This document shows, piece after piece, positions 45,679 through 57,872 of a stretch of 64,000 bases of DNA (the first letter of the stretch is position 1; each line of letters begins with the position of its first letter). The notes below the pieces were generated by a model. That model saw nothing but the letters and a program-made list of their open reading frames with translations, did no database searches and was not told the DNA's origin. Source of the DNA: Hyaloraphidium curvatum SAG 235-1 (taxonomy: Eukaryota; Fungi; Monoblepharomycota); contig JAIVFI010000001.1 of assembly GCA_025558095.1 (NCBI GenBank), forward strand, positions 992,001-1,056,000. The letters run 5' to 3'. The position numbers and the translations under genes were made by a program.

Positions 45679-48453
45679 GACGGCGAGCCGGGCGCGGAGG
45701 GGAAAGACGCGAGGGAGCGGGATAAGGGGGACGGGAGGCCGGCTTTGCCTCGGCGCGGGCTTGAATCACGGGAGATGATTGTCGCGGAGCAGGCGTTCTT
45801 GAAGAGACTAGTTGGACAACCCTTCCGGCCCTCGAAACGGCGTCCGCCACGGCACGCGAGGGAGTCGGCCCGTTCTGCCGTCAATTCTGAAGAGCCAAGC
45901 AGCGACCCGACTGCTCATCGGGCTCCTCCGGCCACGTACAGCTCCAAAAGGCGCCGCGAGCAAGTACCGCGTAATCGCAAACATGGCATTCTGTCGCCTG
46001 TCTCCCGCTCCGGAAGGCGGGTGCCCACGGCGGTATCTCCGCTGTGCGGCCGAATGCAATTGCCAGAGCCCCCGCGACCCGCGGAGGGCGCGTAGAGCGA
46101 CACGATGCGCAGGATTCGGATGCCGGGCGGCGGCCCGCTAGGTTAGAGCTAGGGTTGAAGGTACATAAGGCGGCGGCATCCCGATCTGAGACTGTGCATC
46201 CGGGTTCAGAGCGACCTTACGCGTCTCGAGGACCAGCGCCGCCTCGCGGCTCTGATTGCCTTGCAACCCACCACTTCCGCTGGTCTGGAGCGCCGCAAGC
46301 GGCTCGTCCAGGCGCAGGACGGCCTGTCGGCTTTCCTGACTGCCTCTCCCGCGCTGCTTGCCAACCACATTCGCAACAACTTTTTCCGCTTACTTGTACG
46401 CTTCCGGCTTTGCCTCCCGCTCCTGCACGAGGCCGACTACCCTGGTCTTTCCTTGCCCTGCCGGCGGGGCTGCAAGCGATCGGCCATGTCGCTGACGGGG
46501 GAGCACGCGTTCTCGGGCTGCTATGGCCGGGATCTCTTCAGTCCTGGTCACGACGACATTTGCGCGGCCATCCGCGCGGCGCTTCGCTCCATCCCGCTCC
46601 TCCGCGTGCACCCCATGCCGCCAAACCTCCTTGCGCATGGCTACGAGACTGTCACCCCGCCCACGCCTGCGGATGCTGGCCGCCTTGGCGACGTTCTCAT
46701 CACGCACCGCGAAACCCGGAAACGGTGGTTGCTCGAGATCAAGACCCTCACCTCTATGGCCCATTTGCACACGGGCCTGGTCTTCTCGGTCCCGGGCCAC
46801 GCAGTCGAACGGCGGGTCGAGGCCGCCAGGAAGGACTACTCCCGTTTCGTCTTCAACGCCAACTTCTACCCTCTGATCGTGCTTGCTTTTGATTCGTACA
46901 GCGCTGTCTCTGCCACTTTCTCGCGCTTCTCCTCGGAGATGGGGCGCGTCCAGTATCCCGGGATCGTCGGCCGCGATGGGCAGCCCGTGGACCTCGATGG
47001 CCTTTACTCTCGTTTTGTGCGGCGCTTCCGCGAACGGATCGCGGTGGCCTGGGCTCTTGGCGTCGCGGCCCAACTCCAACACTGGCTTCAGCTGTGCACC
47101 GAAGCCGCCGCTGTCAACGCTCCGGCCCCCGCGCCGGTCGCATTTGGTTTGAATGTAGATGAGGAGCTGATTCTTGGGGCGTAGGGGGATTTCTAAGTGT
47201 ACGGTGGGATTGCTAGCTCCTCATTACATACATACCGGCGAACCCCATCACTCCCCGCCCCGGTTGGGACGGCGTCTCGCGCGCGGGCGGCATCGGGCGG
47301 CCGGCGGGGCCGCGGGGCGCCGGGTGCACGCACGCCCGCGCTGTCGCTGCATCGGAAAAACCCGATCGGACGGCGGCGCGGGCGGGGGAGGCGGGTTCGG
47401 GGGTCCGGGCGGGTGCGGCCCGGGCGCCGGCTCCTCGAGAGGCCGGATGGCCCGAGCCGGCGCCTAAGCTGCCGCATCCGTCCGGCAAACCCCGAATGCA
47501 GGCGGCGGCGGCGGGCTGTGCATGCTGCACGCCGCCGTCGACGTCCCGCGGGGCGACCAGGGGGCTCGCCGGGCTGCGGGGGGTACAACCCCGGGAGCAC
47601 CCTTGTGGTGGGGCGGCAGCCGATGGTCTCTTCGGAGCCGCGGCCAAGCCTCCGACGCCCGGCGAGCTCCCTGGTGCAGAGATGGCAGATGCATGCGAGG
47701 TGGGTGCGCGCTGGCCCGTAGCTGACCTCCCTCCCCAACCCCACAGGTCCTCGAGCAAGGCCGATGGACATCAAGGCGGCGGCGCTGCGCAGAGCGGGAA
47801 CGGGGACCCGGGTCGGGTGCGGACCCGGCCGGGCTCACTCTTCGGAGGGCGGCCTTGGTGCTGCCGGAGCACGTGCCCAGGCGGCCGCATCCGCCCGGGT
47901 TCTCCGAGTTCGGTCGGCGGGCGGCGCTTCGGCGCTGGCCGCGGGTCAGGCTTCCGTCGGGCAGTTGGGGGCGGGCAGGTGCGGGAGACGTGCCAAGCCG
48001 AGCACCTCGGTGCAGCACTAAGCGCACGGGTCGTTGGACGACGCCGTCCGCCACTGCTTCCCGCGCCTGTCTGCTCCCTCTCCATGGAGCTGCGCTGCAC
48101 ACCGTTCTGTTTCCATGTAAGTCACGTTGCACCCCAGTGAAGCCCGGCAGCGCTAACTATCGTTCCCTCGCAGGTCCAAGCATGGCAAGGCGGCAAGGCG
48201 GCAAGGCGGCAGGACAGCAGGGCATCAGGGCGTTAAGGAGCAAGGGCCGCGATCCGCAGCCGGGCACGGGTGCCAGCCGGGCACGGGTGCCAGCCTGGCA
48301 CCCGGTGCGCCTTCGGGCCGGCAGGGTGATGTCGAGACTGGCGCTGGCTTCGGACCGCTCCGGAATCCACGCTCTCCGCACGCGCACGGTCGGGGTTTCG
48401 AGGCGGCAGGGCGGCAAGACACTGATTCGGAAAGACAGTGAAACGAACGAACC
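45679..48453 (+). mobile_element. Dispersed repeat, copy 2 (inverted relative to copy 1), interrupted by an RLE retrotransposon
   Basis: Segments 45679-46203 and 47241-48453 match the reverse complement of 2652-2124 and 2123-644, with indels. Confidence 0.85.
46204..47240 (+). mobile_element. 5'-truncated non-LTR retrotransposon, RLE type (CRE/R2-group-like): zinc knuckle plus PD-(D/E)xK nuclease remnant
   Basis: Absent from copy 1. The frame is open from the first inserted base to the stop at 47184. Protein reads RFRLCLP...CRRGC-x10-H-x4-C...GHDDIC...GRLGDVL...LLEIK. The short 3' UTR ends cattacatacatac. Confidence 0.85.
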
Positions 48454-48479
48454 TCTAAAGGAAAACATCGGCAAAGATA

Positions 48480-49054
48480 TCAATCGCTCTTCTCCGCCGC
48501 ATCTTCCGAGGGCGCCGATTGCGACGCTGCGCCGTCCTGTCCCTGCCCTGCCGGGCCCTCTGCCGGCTTTCCCTCCGCCTCTGCGGCCTCCTTCTTTGCG
48601 CTTTCCAGCCTGCGCGCCGCCTCCTCGCCCTCGCGCAGCATCTCGTCCAGCTTCGCGTTCAGCGTGTCCGTGCGCCGTTCCACCTCGTCAAGCGCGCCCG
48701 ATGCCTGGTCCATCACTTTGAGGATGCTGGCAATGTCCGATTGGAGGTCTGCGGGCGGCCGGCGGGGGAGGGAAGCGAAGGTGGTGTCGATGAAAGCGCC
48801 CCGGAAACAGACGATGGAGCCGACGTCGACCACCGCCAGCCGCATCGTAACGGAATTCGTCAGATCGATCCACTCAAGCCGCACCATGAGCACCCACTGA
48901 GCTTGTTCCAGTCAAAGTTCTCGTCCTCCGGGTCGATGTCCAGGTGGGCAAGCGACGCCTGGATCTCCTGCAGCGCGGCCAGCGACGCCGTCAGCTCGTC
49001 CATGGCGTCGAGCTCGGCCGACCGCGGGGCGGAGCGGCCGTTTGGTGCCGGCAT
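48480..49054 (-). CDS. Small coiled-coil protein, UPF0184/bublin-like
   Basis: Exon MDELTASLAALQEIQASL... followed by ILKVMDQASGALDEVERRTDTLNAKLDEML. Confidence 0.5.
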
Positions 49055-49571
49055 CGGGGTGGCGGCGATGGCGTACGAGGGGACTGGGACCTGAGAGATT
49101 TCAGAGCGAGTCGCCGCCGATAAAGCCAGGAACATCCAGCGATCGACCTTTGCAGCTCTCCGTTGCCATTAGACTGTGGATGTACTCCGGCAGAAAGTCG
49201 TTCGTGTGGTTCTGTCTTGTATCAGCTACCTGGCACCGCTTCGAGCTGTCCATCCCAAGCATCCCAGCTGGCGACATGATCCGCCAGCCAAATTCTTGCT
49301 TTTCTAGCATTTGAAGAGCTCCTGGAGCTTGCGGTAGAGCTGTTCTGGAGCAATGACGCTTGAGGAGCTCTTGACTCACCGAGATCGCTGTGCGGTACTT
49401 GATCCTTAATCCTGAGCGATCCCGGGCCCGAATCGCCAAGAATGCATTCTTCGGAGACTTGATTCGTCGTTTAGATCCCTGATTCCCGGCCGCAAGCGAG
49501 TGGACGGGGTCGGTTGGGCGTGAGGGCGGTCGGTCTCGAAGTCCCTCCGTTGACCCCTCGTGGCACCCACC

Positions 49572-52080
49572 ATGTCCGGGCCGCAGCAGCCGCCGACGCG
49601 GCCCGGCGGGCTGTTTGGCGGCGGGGGCGGATCGGCCGCCAAGCTGTGGAAGCCGCTTGGGCCGGGCGCGGCGCCGCGGTCGTTTGCGGTCCCCGCGCCG
49701 GCGCCGTCGCTCGCCGACGCGGCGCTGTCGCGGCTGCTGCCGCTCGCGCGCGGCGCGAATTCATTTGTGCGCGACATTCTCGCCGGCGAGGCGCCCGAGC
49801 GGCGGCGGCGGGGACGGCAGGGCCGCCGCGTGTCGCGCCTCGACGAGGCCGCGCAGCCGTCCGACTCGACGCTCGGCGACGACGGCGGGCTGTACGACGC
49901 CGTGCGATCGTCGTTCCCGCACCTCCTCGGCGACGCGCAGCCGCCGGCTCGCCGCAGCAGGAGCGTGCCGCGCGCAGCTACCGCCCCGGCCGGGAACCAC
50001 GCACGCTACGAGGCCGACGGCGCGGTGTCGCTGACCGACGAGACGAGGTCAAAGATCCGCAAGCACACGACGGCCCTGAGCAACGTGTGCCGCATCCTGA
50101 CCGACCTGCTGGAGCTGCGCGACCAGGTGGCCAACGAGAGCGAGGACCTCGAGTACCGCAAGGTGGGCACTACGAACGCCCCTTGGCGGGATTGTTCCTG
50201 ACTATTCCGATCATTCTGTCGCCGTTGACATGAAGGATGACTTGCTGGACGAGATGGACGCGCTCGAGGAGGGGAGCGGGCCGACGGACAAGAAGATCCA
50301 TCTGCAGTGGGAGCTGGAAAAGGTCCAGCGGGATCTCGACCACTGCGCGCGGCTTCGTGGGTTATTTCTACCGCGCAGCGCGCGATCTGCAGCTTACCCG
50401 GCCCACAACCACCAGTAAACGATATTGACGACCGCCTGGCCGAGATCGGCGAAGAGACGCAGCGCTTCGAGAAGCGCGTGCGCAGCATCAAGGCCGGCCC
50501 CATCTCGGGCCGCGAGGACGGCAGCAGCCTCGCGGAAGAGGAGGACGATTTCTCAGTGCGCGTCATCACCCTGGAGGGCCACACCGACAGCGTCGAGTGC
50601 CTGGATTTCGACGAGCCGTGGAAGACCCTGGTCACGGGCAGCGCTGACACGACCGTGCGGGTGTGGGATCTGAGCTCGCAGCACCAGTGGGCATTGCTGC
50701 GCGGCCACACCGGTAAGTGCAGTCGGCTGGATGCCGTCGCGGTCCGAACTGATCCCCCCTTCTTGCGTGCAAGGCGGCGTCAATTCGCTCCACCTGCTCG
50801 CGCAGCAGCTCCTGACGGCTTCGGCCGACAACACCGTCCGCCTGTGGGACCTCGCCAAGCTCCCCTCAATCCCCGTGCACTACCGCTCCTCCGAGCCCTT
50901 CTTCACCTCGGACGAGGGCGACCCGGACAACGAATCCATCTGCGCCACGGTGCTCGAGGGCCACTCGGCCTCGGTCAACTGCGTGCAGGGCGACGGCGAG
51001 GTGGTCGTCTCGGGCTCGTCCGACTGCACCATCCGGACCTGGGACCTCTACGACGGCCGGTGCACGGCGATCCTGCACCCGGGCCAGGATGACGAGGGCA
51101 GGGCGGCGCGGGACGGGGCGTCGTGGGGATGGGGAGCGAGCCCGGTCTCGGGCGAGAGGAGCAGGCGCAAGGGCAGGCGGAAAGGGCCGCGGCAGCGCGG
51201 GTTCGTCTCGCGCAAGGACAGCGACGTCGTGCCCGGGTTCGAGGCGGCGGAGGAACAGGGCCGGCCGCCGGGGCTGGGGACGCCGTCGTCGTCCAAGCTG
51301 CGGTTCGGCGGGGTGAGCTTCTTTGACGACGATTCGGAGGATGGCGAGTCGGAGGCGGACCTGTTCCAGGGTTTTGCGCGCAAGGAGGCGCCGCCACCAG
51401 AGGACGGGATGAGGTCGTCGAGCCAGGGTAACGAAGGGCGCCTGAAGGGGCTGGGCATCACGGACAACCCGTTCGCGGACGACAGGGCGCCTGCGCCGCT
51501 CGACGACGGCCTGGCGGACGGCGCGGCGCGGCTCACTATCTCGACCGATTCGGCATCCCTCCTGCACTCGTACCGCCAGCCGCCAAAGGCGCCGCCGCCC
51601 CCGACGGTGCCCGTGGACACGTACGGCCACGTCGCCGCGCTGCAGTTTTGGAAGCACGCCCTCGCCTCGGGCCACGGCGACGGCGTGGTGCGGCTCTGGG
51701 ACCTGCGGCAGAACGAGTGCACGCGCGAGCTGCGCGGGCACCTGGGCCCCGTCACGTCGCTGCAGTTTGACGAGCACTCGATCGTCACTGCCTCGTCGGA
51801 CAACACGATCCGGGTGTGGGACCTGCGCAAGGGCGACGCGACGGACGAGATCCGCGTGGAGGACCCGGTCAACGACCTGCGCTTCGACGAGGGCAAAATT
51901 TACCTGGCCGGCGGCGTGCCGCAGATCCGCGTCTACAACCGGCTCTCGGGCAAGATCAAGCTCATGTCGGGGCACTCGTCGCCGCAGGCGCACAAGGCGC
52001 CGACGCGATGCGTGCGCTACGGGGGACGGATGCTGGCGTCGGGGTCGATGGATGCCACGGCCAAGGTGTGGACCATCTGA
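49572..52080 (+). CDS. MDV1: Mitochondrial fission adaptor Mdv1/Caf4-like (coiled coil plus WD40)
   Basis: Coiled coil, GHTDSVECLDFDEPWKTLVTGSADTTVRVWDL, VAALQFWKHALASGHGDGVVRLWDLR, and GHLGPVTSLQFD. Confidence 0.8.
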
Positions 52081-52591
52081 GTGGGGACCGGGCCGAGGGG
52101 GGGATACGAGGGGGTGTACTGTGAACTGCGGAAATTGCGGCGCCCGGCTGGCAACGGATCTGTTGTGTACATACGCTGGATGAATGCTAGATGCAGAACT
52201 ACATTGTCAGAAGACAGGAGAAGGACGTTGCTGTGGCCCTGCATGGGATGAACTGATGATGTTCCGCCCTCTTTTTTTTCACACCCAGTGTGCTTCCCCA
52301 CCAACCTCACTTTCGAGCCGCGCCCCGCCTCATCGGCCCGTCCGCGCCGCTCCGCCGCCGGTTGGTTCGGCTGCCTGGCGATCGCCGCGTGCCGCGCGGC
52401 GTGGATTGCCCGGCGCTGACGCCGCGCAGCCGTTGCAGCCGCCGCCGCCCCGCGCCCGCACGCTCGGCCCCCCGGCCGGCGCCGCCGCCGCCGCCCGCCC
52501 GCCGCTCCCCGCACGCAGCAAAAAGGCGCCCCTGGCGCACCGCAGCACGCACCCCGCCGCCCAGCAAGCCCCCCAACAAGCCACACCCGCA

Positions 52592-53863
52592 ATGTCGGTC
52601 CTGCACAACAAGTCCGTCGGCCCCGCCGTCACCAAGGCCCGCGTCGCAAAGAACGCCCGCGCCTCGCTGGCGCACCTCAAGGAGCACGACCTGCGCAAGT
52701 TCCTGCTCGTCAAGGGCGTGCAGCGCAAGCTGAACCACGTCAAGGAGCTCGTCGTGCAGGAGGCGCTGCTGCGCGCAAAGGCACAGGCCCCCGTGGCACC
52801 CATGGGCAAGCTCGTCATCTCCGACATCGTGGCCGTCGAGCTGCGTGTCCCCGTGCCCGGCAAGATCCACCAGCAGGCGGCCGCCGCCGGATCGCCGCAG
52901 CGGTCCTTTGGAGGCCTGCCTGCGCCCGCACCGCCTCGGCCCCCCGCACCCTCACCCGCCACCGCGTTCGACGGACCGGAGCGGTTTAGGTTTGATCCGG
53001 GCGCATTTACCGACGCCGCCGAGCGCGGCATGATCGGCATCGCCGAGGAAAGGATTATCGCCGGCTCCGGCCGCGCTTCGGCCTCGTCGGCCTCGTCGTG
53101 CTCCTCGCCGCTGTCGCCCATCAATCTGAGCGGTAGTGGTGGCGGCGCCGGCAATAGCGGCTCCGAGGGCTTCTCCACCGGCGTCGTCGTCGTCTCGCCG
53201 CAGTGTTTTGTCGGGGCCCTCGGGGAGCAGATGATGGAAATGCGGGCCACCGCGGAACGGACTGCTGCCACCACGCGCACCAGCGTCACTACGTCGGCAG
53301 AGGAAGCAACGCAGTGCTTTGCCGCTGGCCAAGAGCCGGCCGCCGCCGCTGCCGCCGGTGCCGCCGCCAGATTAGCGGCGGCGGCGGCGGCGGATTGCTC
53401 CGCGGCGCTTGCGGATCTCGGACAACGGGATCTTCGTGGCCTCGTGGAGCCGATAGCGGACCTTGCCCGCGGCGCCGAGGCGCAGCCGCAATCCCAGTCA
53501 TCCGACTCGGAAGACGGACAGTTGCAGTGCGCCGCGCCGGCTGCGGAAGAGCAGTGGCATCACTGGCGTTCCGCGTCGGAAGAGCATGAGCTTTATTGCT
53601 TTAAGCCGGGCTCCGAAGAGGAGAAGGACAAGCTGAAAAAGGACGGCGAGGGCAAAGCGCCGGCATCCGCGCACTCCGAAACCGAAGTGCTGGCATGCGC
53701 CCTCGCCGTTGCGGACGCGCTGGACGCTTACCTGACCGCCATGCGGTTGGCGACGGAGCTGGCATTGCTTGCCGCGCCGTTGTTGCAGCGGGACGCCGAC
53801 CGGCGATGCGCGCCGAGAGAAGAGCCGAGTAGTGCGATTGTTACCGCCGCCCTCGTTTGCTAG
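52592..53863 (+). CDS. Hypothetical Ala-rich protein
   Basis: ATG ORF with a codon-biased N-terminus (HDLRKFLLVKGVQRKL). No domain recognised. Confidence 0.5.
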   Translation: MSVLHNKSVGPAVTKARVAKNARASLAHLKEHDLRKFLLVKGVQRKLNHVKELVVQEALLRAKAQAPVAPMGKLVISDIVAVELRVPVPGKIHQQAAAAGSPQRSFGGLPAPAPPRPPAPSPATAFDGPERFRFDPGAFTDAAERGMIGIAEERIIAGSGRASASSASSCSSPLSPINLSGSGGGAGNSGSEGFSTGVVVVSPQCFVGALGEQMMEMRATAERTAATTRTSVTTSAEEATQCFAAGQEPAAAAAAGAAARLAAAAAADCSAALADLGQRDLRGLVEPIADLARGAEAQPQSQSSDSEDGQLQCAAPAAEEQWHHWRSASEEHELYCFKPGSEEEKDKLKKDGEGKAPASAHSETEVLACALAVADALDAYLTAMRLATELALLAAPLLQRDADRRCAPREEPSSAIVTAALVC

Positions 53864-53952
53864 CGGCCATTTGTGTACTGGTCTTGAGGAATCGGAGTGT
53901 TGAAAGGGAGTTTACTGTTTCCGTGACACAGTATAGTATCTTCAAAGGATAT

Positions 53953-56060
53953 CTAGTCCGCCATCTCGACGTCCCCGTCGCCTGCGAGCTCCTGCGAGTC
54001 CGCGTACCCGGCCGAACCGTCCGGCGTGTCCATCCGTTCCGCAGCCCTCGGCGCCTGCGCCGCGGCTGGCGCCTCGGCCGGTTTCCGCTTGGCAGCAGCG
54101 GCAGCAGAAGCCGCCGCGGTGCTCTGCGCCGGTCTGGTGCCCAGCATCCCCCGCGCCATGAGCGGCGGCCGCGCTGCAGACGCGGCGGCCGCGGGGTCGC
54201 GGTACGTCTGGTACACCTTGTTCCCCTTCTTCGGCCCCTTGGCCGCGCCCTCGTCGTCCGAGTCCTCGTATTCGTTTGGCCGCGACACCCGCGCGTCCCG
54301 ATCCCGCTGCGGCACCCGCTCGTCCTTGAACTTGTCCTCGTCCTCCACGTCCTCGTCGGAAAAGTGGTCCACGGGAACCTGCTGCAGCTGCACCGATGGG
54401 GCGTGCTCGAGCTCCTTGAGGTGGGCCAGGACCGTCTCGCGGACCTTGCGCAGGTATTCGGGAGTGTTCATGTTGGGCATGTTGGTAGCTGCAAAATGTC
54501 GTCGCGTCAGAAAGGCACGCATAGCGTGCGGACGAGACCCACGAAGGACTTCTAGGCGGTAGTTGGGTCCAAAGTACTCGAAGTAGTTGTTGTAGGGAAG
54601 CAGGGGATCGAGCTCAATGTCGCACGCCAAGGCTGCAGAGAAAGAGGGCTTAGGCGCAGAGAGGCTGTCGCTAGACAGAGCTACTCACAGGTCTCGTAGC
54701 ACCATGTCCGCGACACGTTCTTGGGCGTGTAGCCTCCGCCGCCCGTCAGGAGGATGGGAACGTTGAACTTCTTCATGAACTCAAGGCACCGCCCGTGCCC
54801 CACGTGGCTCAGGTTGAAGCAGCCCAACCGATCGCCGGCAAGCGAGTCCGTGCCGGCCTGGAGGAAAACGGCGCCCGGTCTGTACCAGTCCTAAAGGATA
54901 GCGGTCAGCGGAACGTTTCAGGGCGGGATAGATGCCACCAACCATGATGTACTGCATGATCGGCTCGAAAATGGAGTGGTAAGTTTCGTCGTCGATGCCG
55001 TCTCGCAAAGGTACGTTTCTGCGAAGCAGGATAAGCCCCGCGCCGGAAGAACCGTGCGGGTTTTACCTACACAGAGTAGTAGCGTCCCCTGCCGACACCA
55101 ATGTCCGAGAGGTCTCCGGTGCCGGGGAAAAAGTCGCCGTACTTGTGGAAAGATACAGTCATGACGCGATCAGTCGAATAGAATGCCTCCTCGACCCCGT
55201 CGCCGTGGTGCGCGTCAATGTCTGCGGGCGCAGGCCGCCGTCAGCACATCCCAATGGGACGCCAACGCCCGACTGACCGATATAGAGCACGCGCTGGTGG
55301 AACTTCAGCAGCTCCAAAATGCCGAGCACAATGTCGTTGACGTAGCAAAACCCCGAGGCACCGTCCTTCTTCGCGTGGTGCAGCCCGCCCGCCCAATTGA
55401 TGGCAATATCCGCCGCCCCGTCGTTGAGCCGCTTCGCCGCGCACACGGAGCCGCCCGCGGAGATCGAACAGAACTCGTAGAGGCCGTCGAAGACCGGGTT
55501 GTCGTCCCAGATGTTGAACCTGTTCTTGAGGTGCTCGAACTTGTCCACCTCGTCCGGCGTGATCCGCTTCAAGTACTCGATGTAATCGTCTGCACCGTGC
55601 GGCGGCGTCAGGACACGGCGCCGGGAGGTTTGGCAGTTGAGGCCCACCAGAGTGGAACTTGGTCATTTCCTTGGGCGTCGCCCGGTCCGGCCTGAAGATC
55701 TGCATGTGCTTCTCGAGGCCATAATTGACGATGAGGTCGTGCGTCATTCGCATCCTGAAGGGCTTCATGGGGTGGCCTGGGAGGTCGCGTCGGGGAAGCG
55801 CGCTGTCAGCTCGGAGAGGTCCATCGCCACCGCGACCAACGGACGGTACCTGGGGCATAGTGGTAGAGCCCCACATCCTCGTCGTAGAAGTAGCAGACGC
55901 GCTGTAGCCGCGAAAGGAACGTGTGAGTCCTTGGTACTCCCGCACCAGGAGGAAACACCGCGGCGCCCAATGCGCAGGTCCCGGGCACTCTCTTCAAGTC
56001 CTGAGAGCGCCTTTGCGGTCCGCATTGCTTTCTCACCGGTTTTCTACCCGAAGACGCCAT
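53953..56060 (-). CDS. RPD3: Class I histone deacetylase (Rpd3/Hos2 family), many introns
   Basis: [71 protein letters not shown] and YFEYFGP. Subfamily assignment is tentative. Confidence 0.92.
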
Positions 56061-56232
56061 CCTGGGCTCCGCAAACAGACGCGGGTGACTGATTGGCGCG
56101 GTCGTGCCCCCCGGCGGCGCCGCCGGCGTCGCGCGCGAGATCAACCACAAATCCAGGTTCGCGCGTCAATTCCCGCTCGGCCATAGAGATACTGACGAGT
56201 GATTGATTTCCTTTACAGAGAGCAGAGCCTCC

Positions 56233-57727
56233 ATGACGAGCCCTCGGGATCTCCCGGCGTTCGTCGCGTGGGACGCGCCACCTCCAGTGCTGGATCGCCC
56301 AACGTGCACTTCAGACATCCTCAAAGGCCGGGCCGCTGCAGGCATCGCATTGCACATGCATCAGCCGATTATGCCTGCGCCCGACGCGTCCGAGTCTCTT
56401 GAGACTGCTCCGTTGATTTCCAATCTCAAGTACATGCTCGAGAATCAGCACATCCACGGCAACCACGACGCGCCAAAGATGATCGAGTGCTACGAACGAA
56501 TGGGGTGGATCATTCCGCGGCTGATTGACGAAGGCTTCCGCCCGCGTGTTGCTCTCGAGTACTCTGGCTGCCTTCTGCACGGCTTGGCGCAGCTGGGCGA
56601 GCTCGGCGAATCCGTCCTGCGCAACCTGAAGCTCCTGGCCACCGACAAGCGGTGTGTCGATGCTGTTGAGTTCTTGGGGGCTCCATGGGGACACGCAGTT
56701 GCTCCGTCGACGCCCCCGGCGGACTTTCGGCTGCATGTTTATGCGTGGAGGAGCCACTTTGCTGCGCTCTTCGGGAACGAGGCGCTTTCGCGCGTGCGAT
56801 GCTTCAGTCCAAGCGAGATGGCGCTTCCTAACGATCCCGACGTTGCGTACACATTCGTTTCCACGCTTCTGGAGGCAGGGTACGATTCGGTGCTTGTGGT
56901 GGGTGTCGCAAGGATCCTGGTGCCGTGGTCGGGGACTCATCCATTTGAGCGAGCAGCAAGAGCACACGATCGAGGACATGGACGGAGCGGGAGTTCGTAC
57001 ACCCCATGTGCCGCACCGCTTAGTCTGCCGGAACTCCGAAGGCCAGGAGTGCTCGATTGCTGCCGTGATCAAGACACAAGGGAGCGATACGAAGCTCGTT
57101 GGCCAGATGCAGCCCTTCTACGAAGCTGCTTCCATACATTCAGAGTGCGAGATACGAGGCGTCAAGATTCCGCATTTTGTTTTCCAGATCTCCGACGGCG
57201 AGAACGGCGGTGTCATCATGAACGAGTTTGTCGGCAAGTTCGAGGAGGTCACCAAGAGCCAGTCGCCGAGCTCGCCGCCGCTCGTGACAATCAGCGAGTA
57301 TCTCGACCACGTTCGCAGCCTCGGAATCACCCTCGCCGACCTGCCTGCATGCAGGCCTCGCTTCCAAGGAAGGATCTTTAACCTGGTGGACTCGGGGAAG
57401 TGCCCGACCGTTGCAGCGGCGATCGAGCACCTCAAGGGCTCTGATCATGCCTTCTCCCTCGAGGGAGGGTCTTGGACCAACGATATCTCCTGGGTCAAGG
57501 GCTATGGGGACGAGCTCAACAGGATGCTGGAGCTGAGCGCGGCTCTGTGGGCGGTGCGAAACTCGGAGAGGCAGCCCGCCGGACCGGATGCATGGCGCAA
57601 TGCGCTGTACCACCTGCTTTGCTCGCAGACGTCTTGCTTTCGCTACTGGGGCAAGGGTGCGTGGACTGAAAGGGGGAACGAGATCTGTCGGCGTGGGCTC
57701 GAGATCCTGAAGCACGATTTCAAGTGA
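56233..57727 (+). CDS. Glycoside hydrolase family 57, bacterial type; intron 56899-56956
   Basis: ALHMHQP, EYSGCLL, FSPSEMALP (candidate nucleophile), VLV|QEHT, KTQGSDTKLVGQMQP, ISDGENGG (candidate acid/base), GGSWTNDISWVKGY and QTSCFRYWG. Confidence 0.88.
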
Positions 57728-57872
57728 ATGGAGCTGCTCTTTTTTCGTTTGCAATGACGAATATGAGGAAGGCCTCCGTGGGCCGTAGCCGGCGGATCGG
57801 CTTCGTCGGCCCTCGCGCGCCTTTTCCGCGGGAAGCGGAGGTACTTCCGTCCCACATCCCCCTCGCGTCGCC

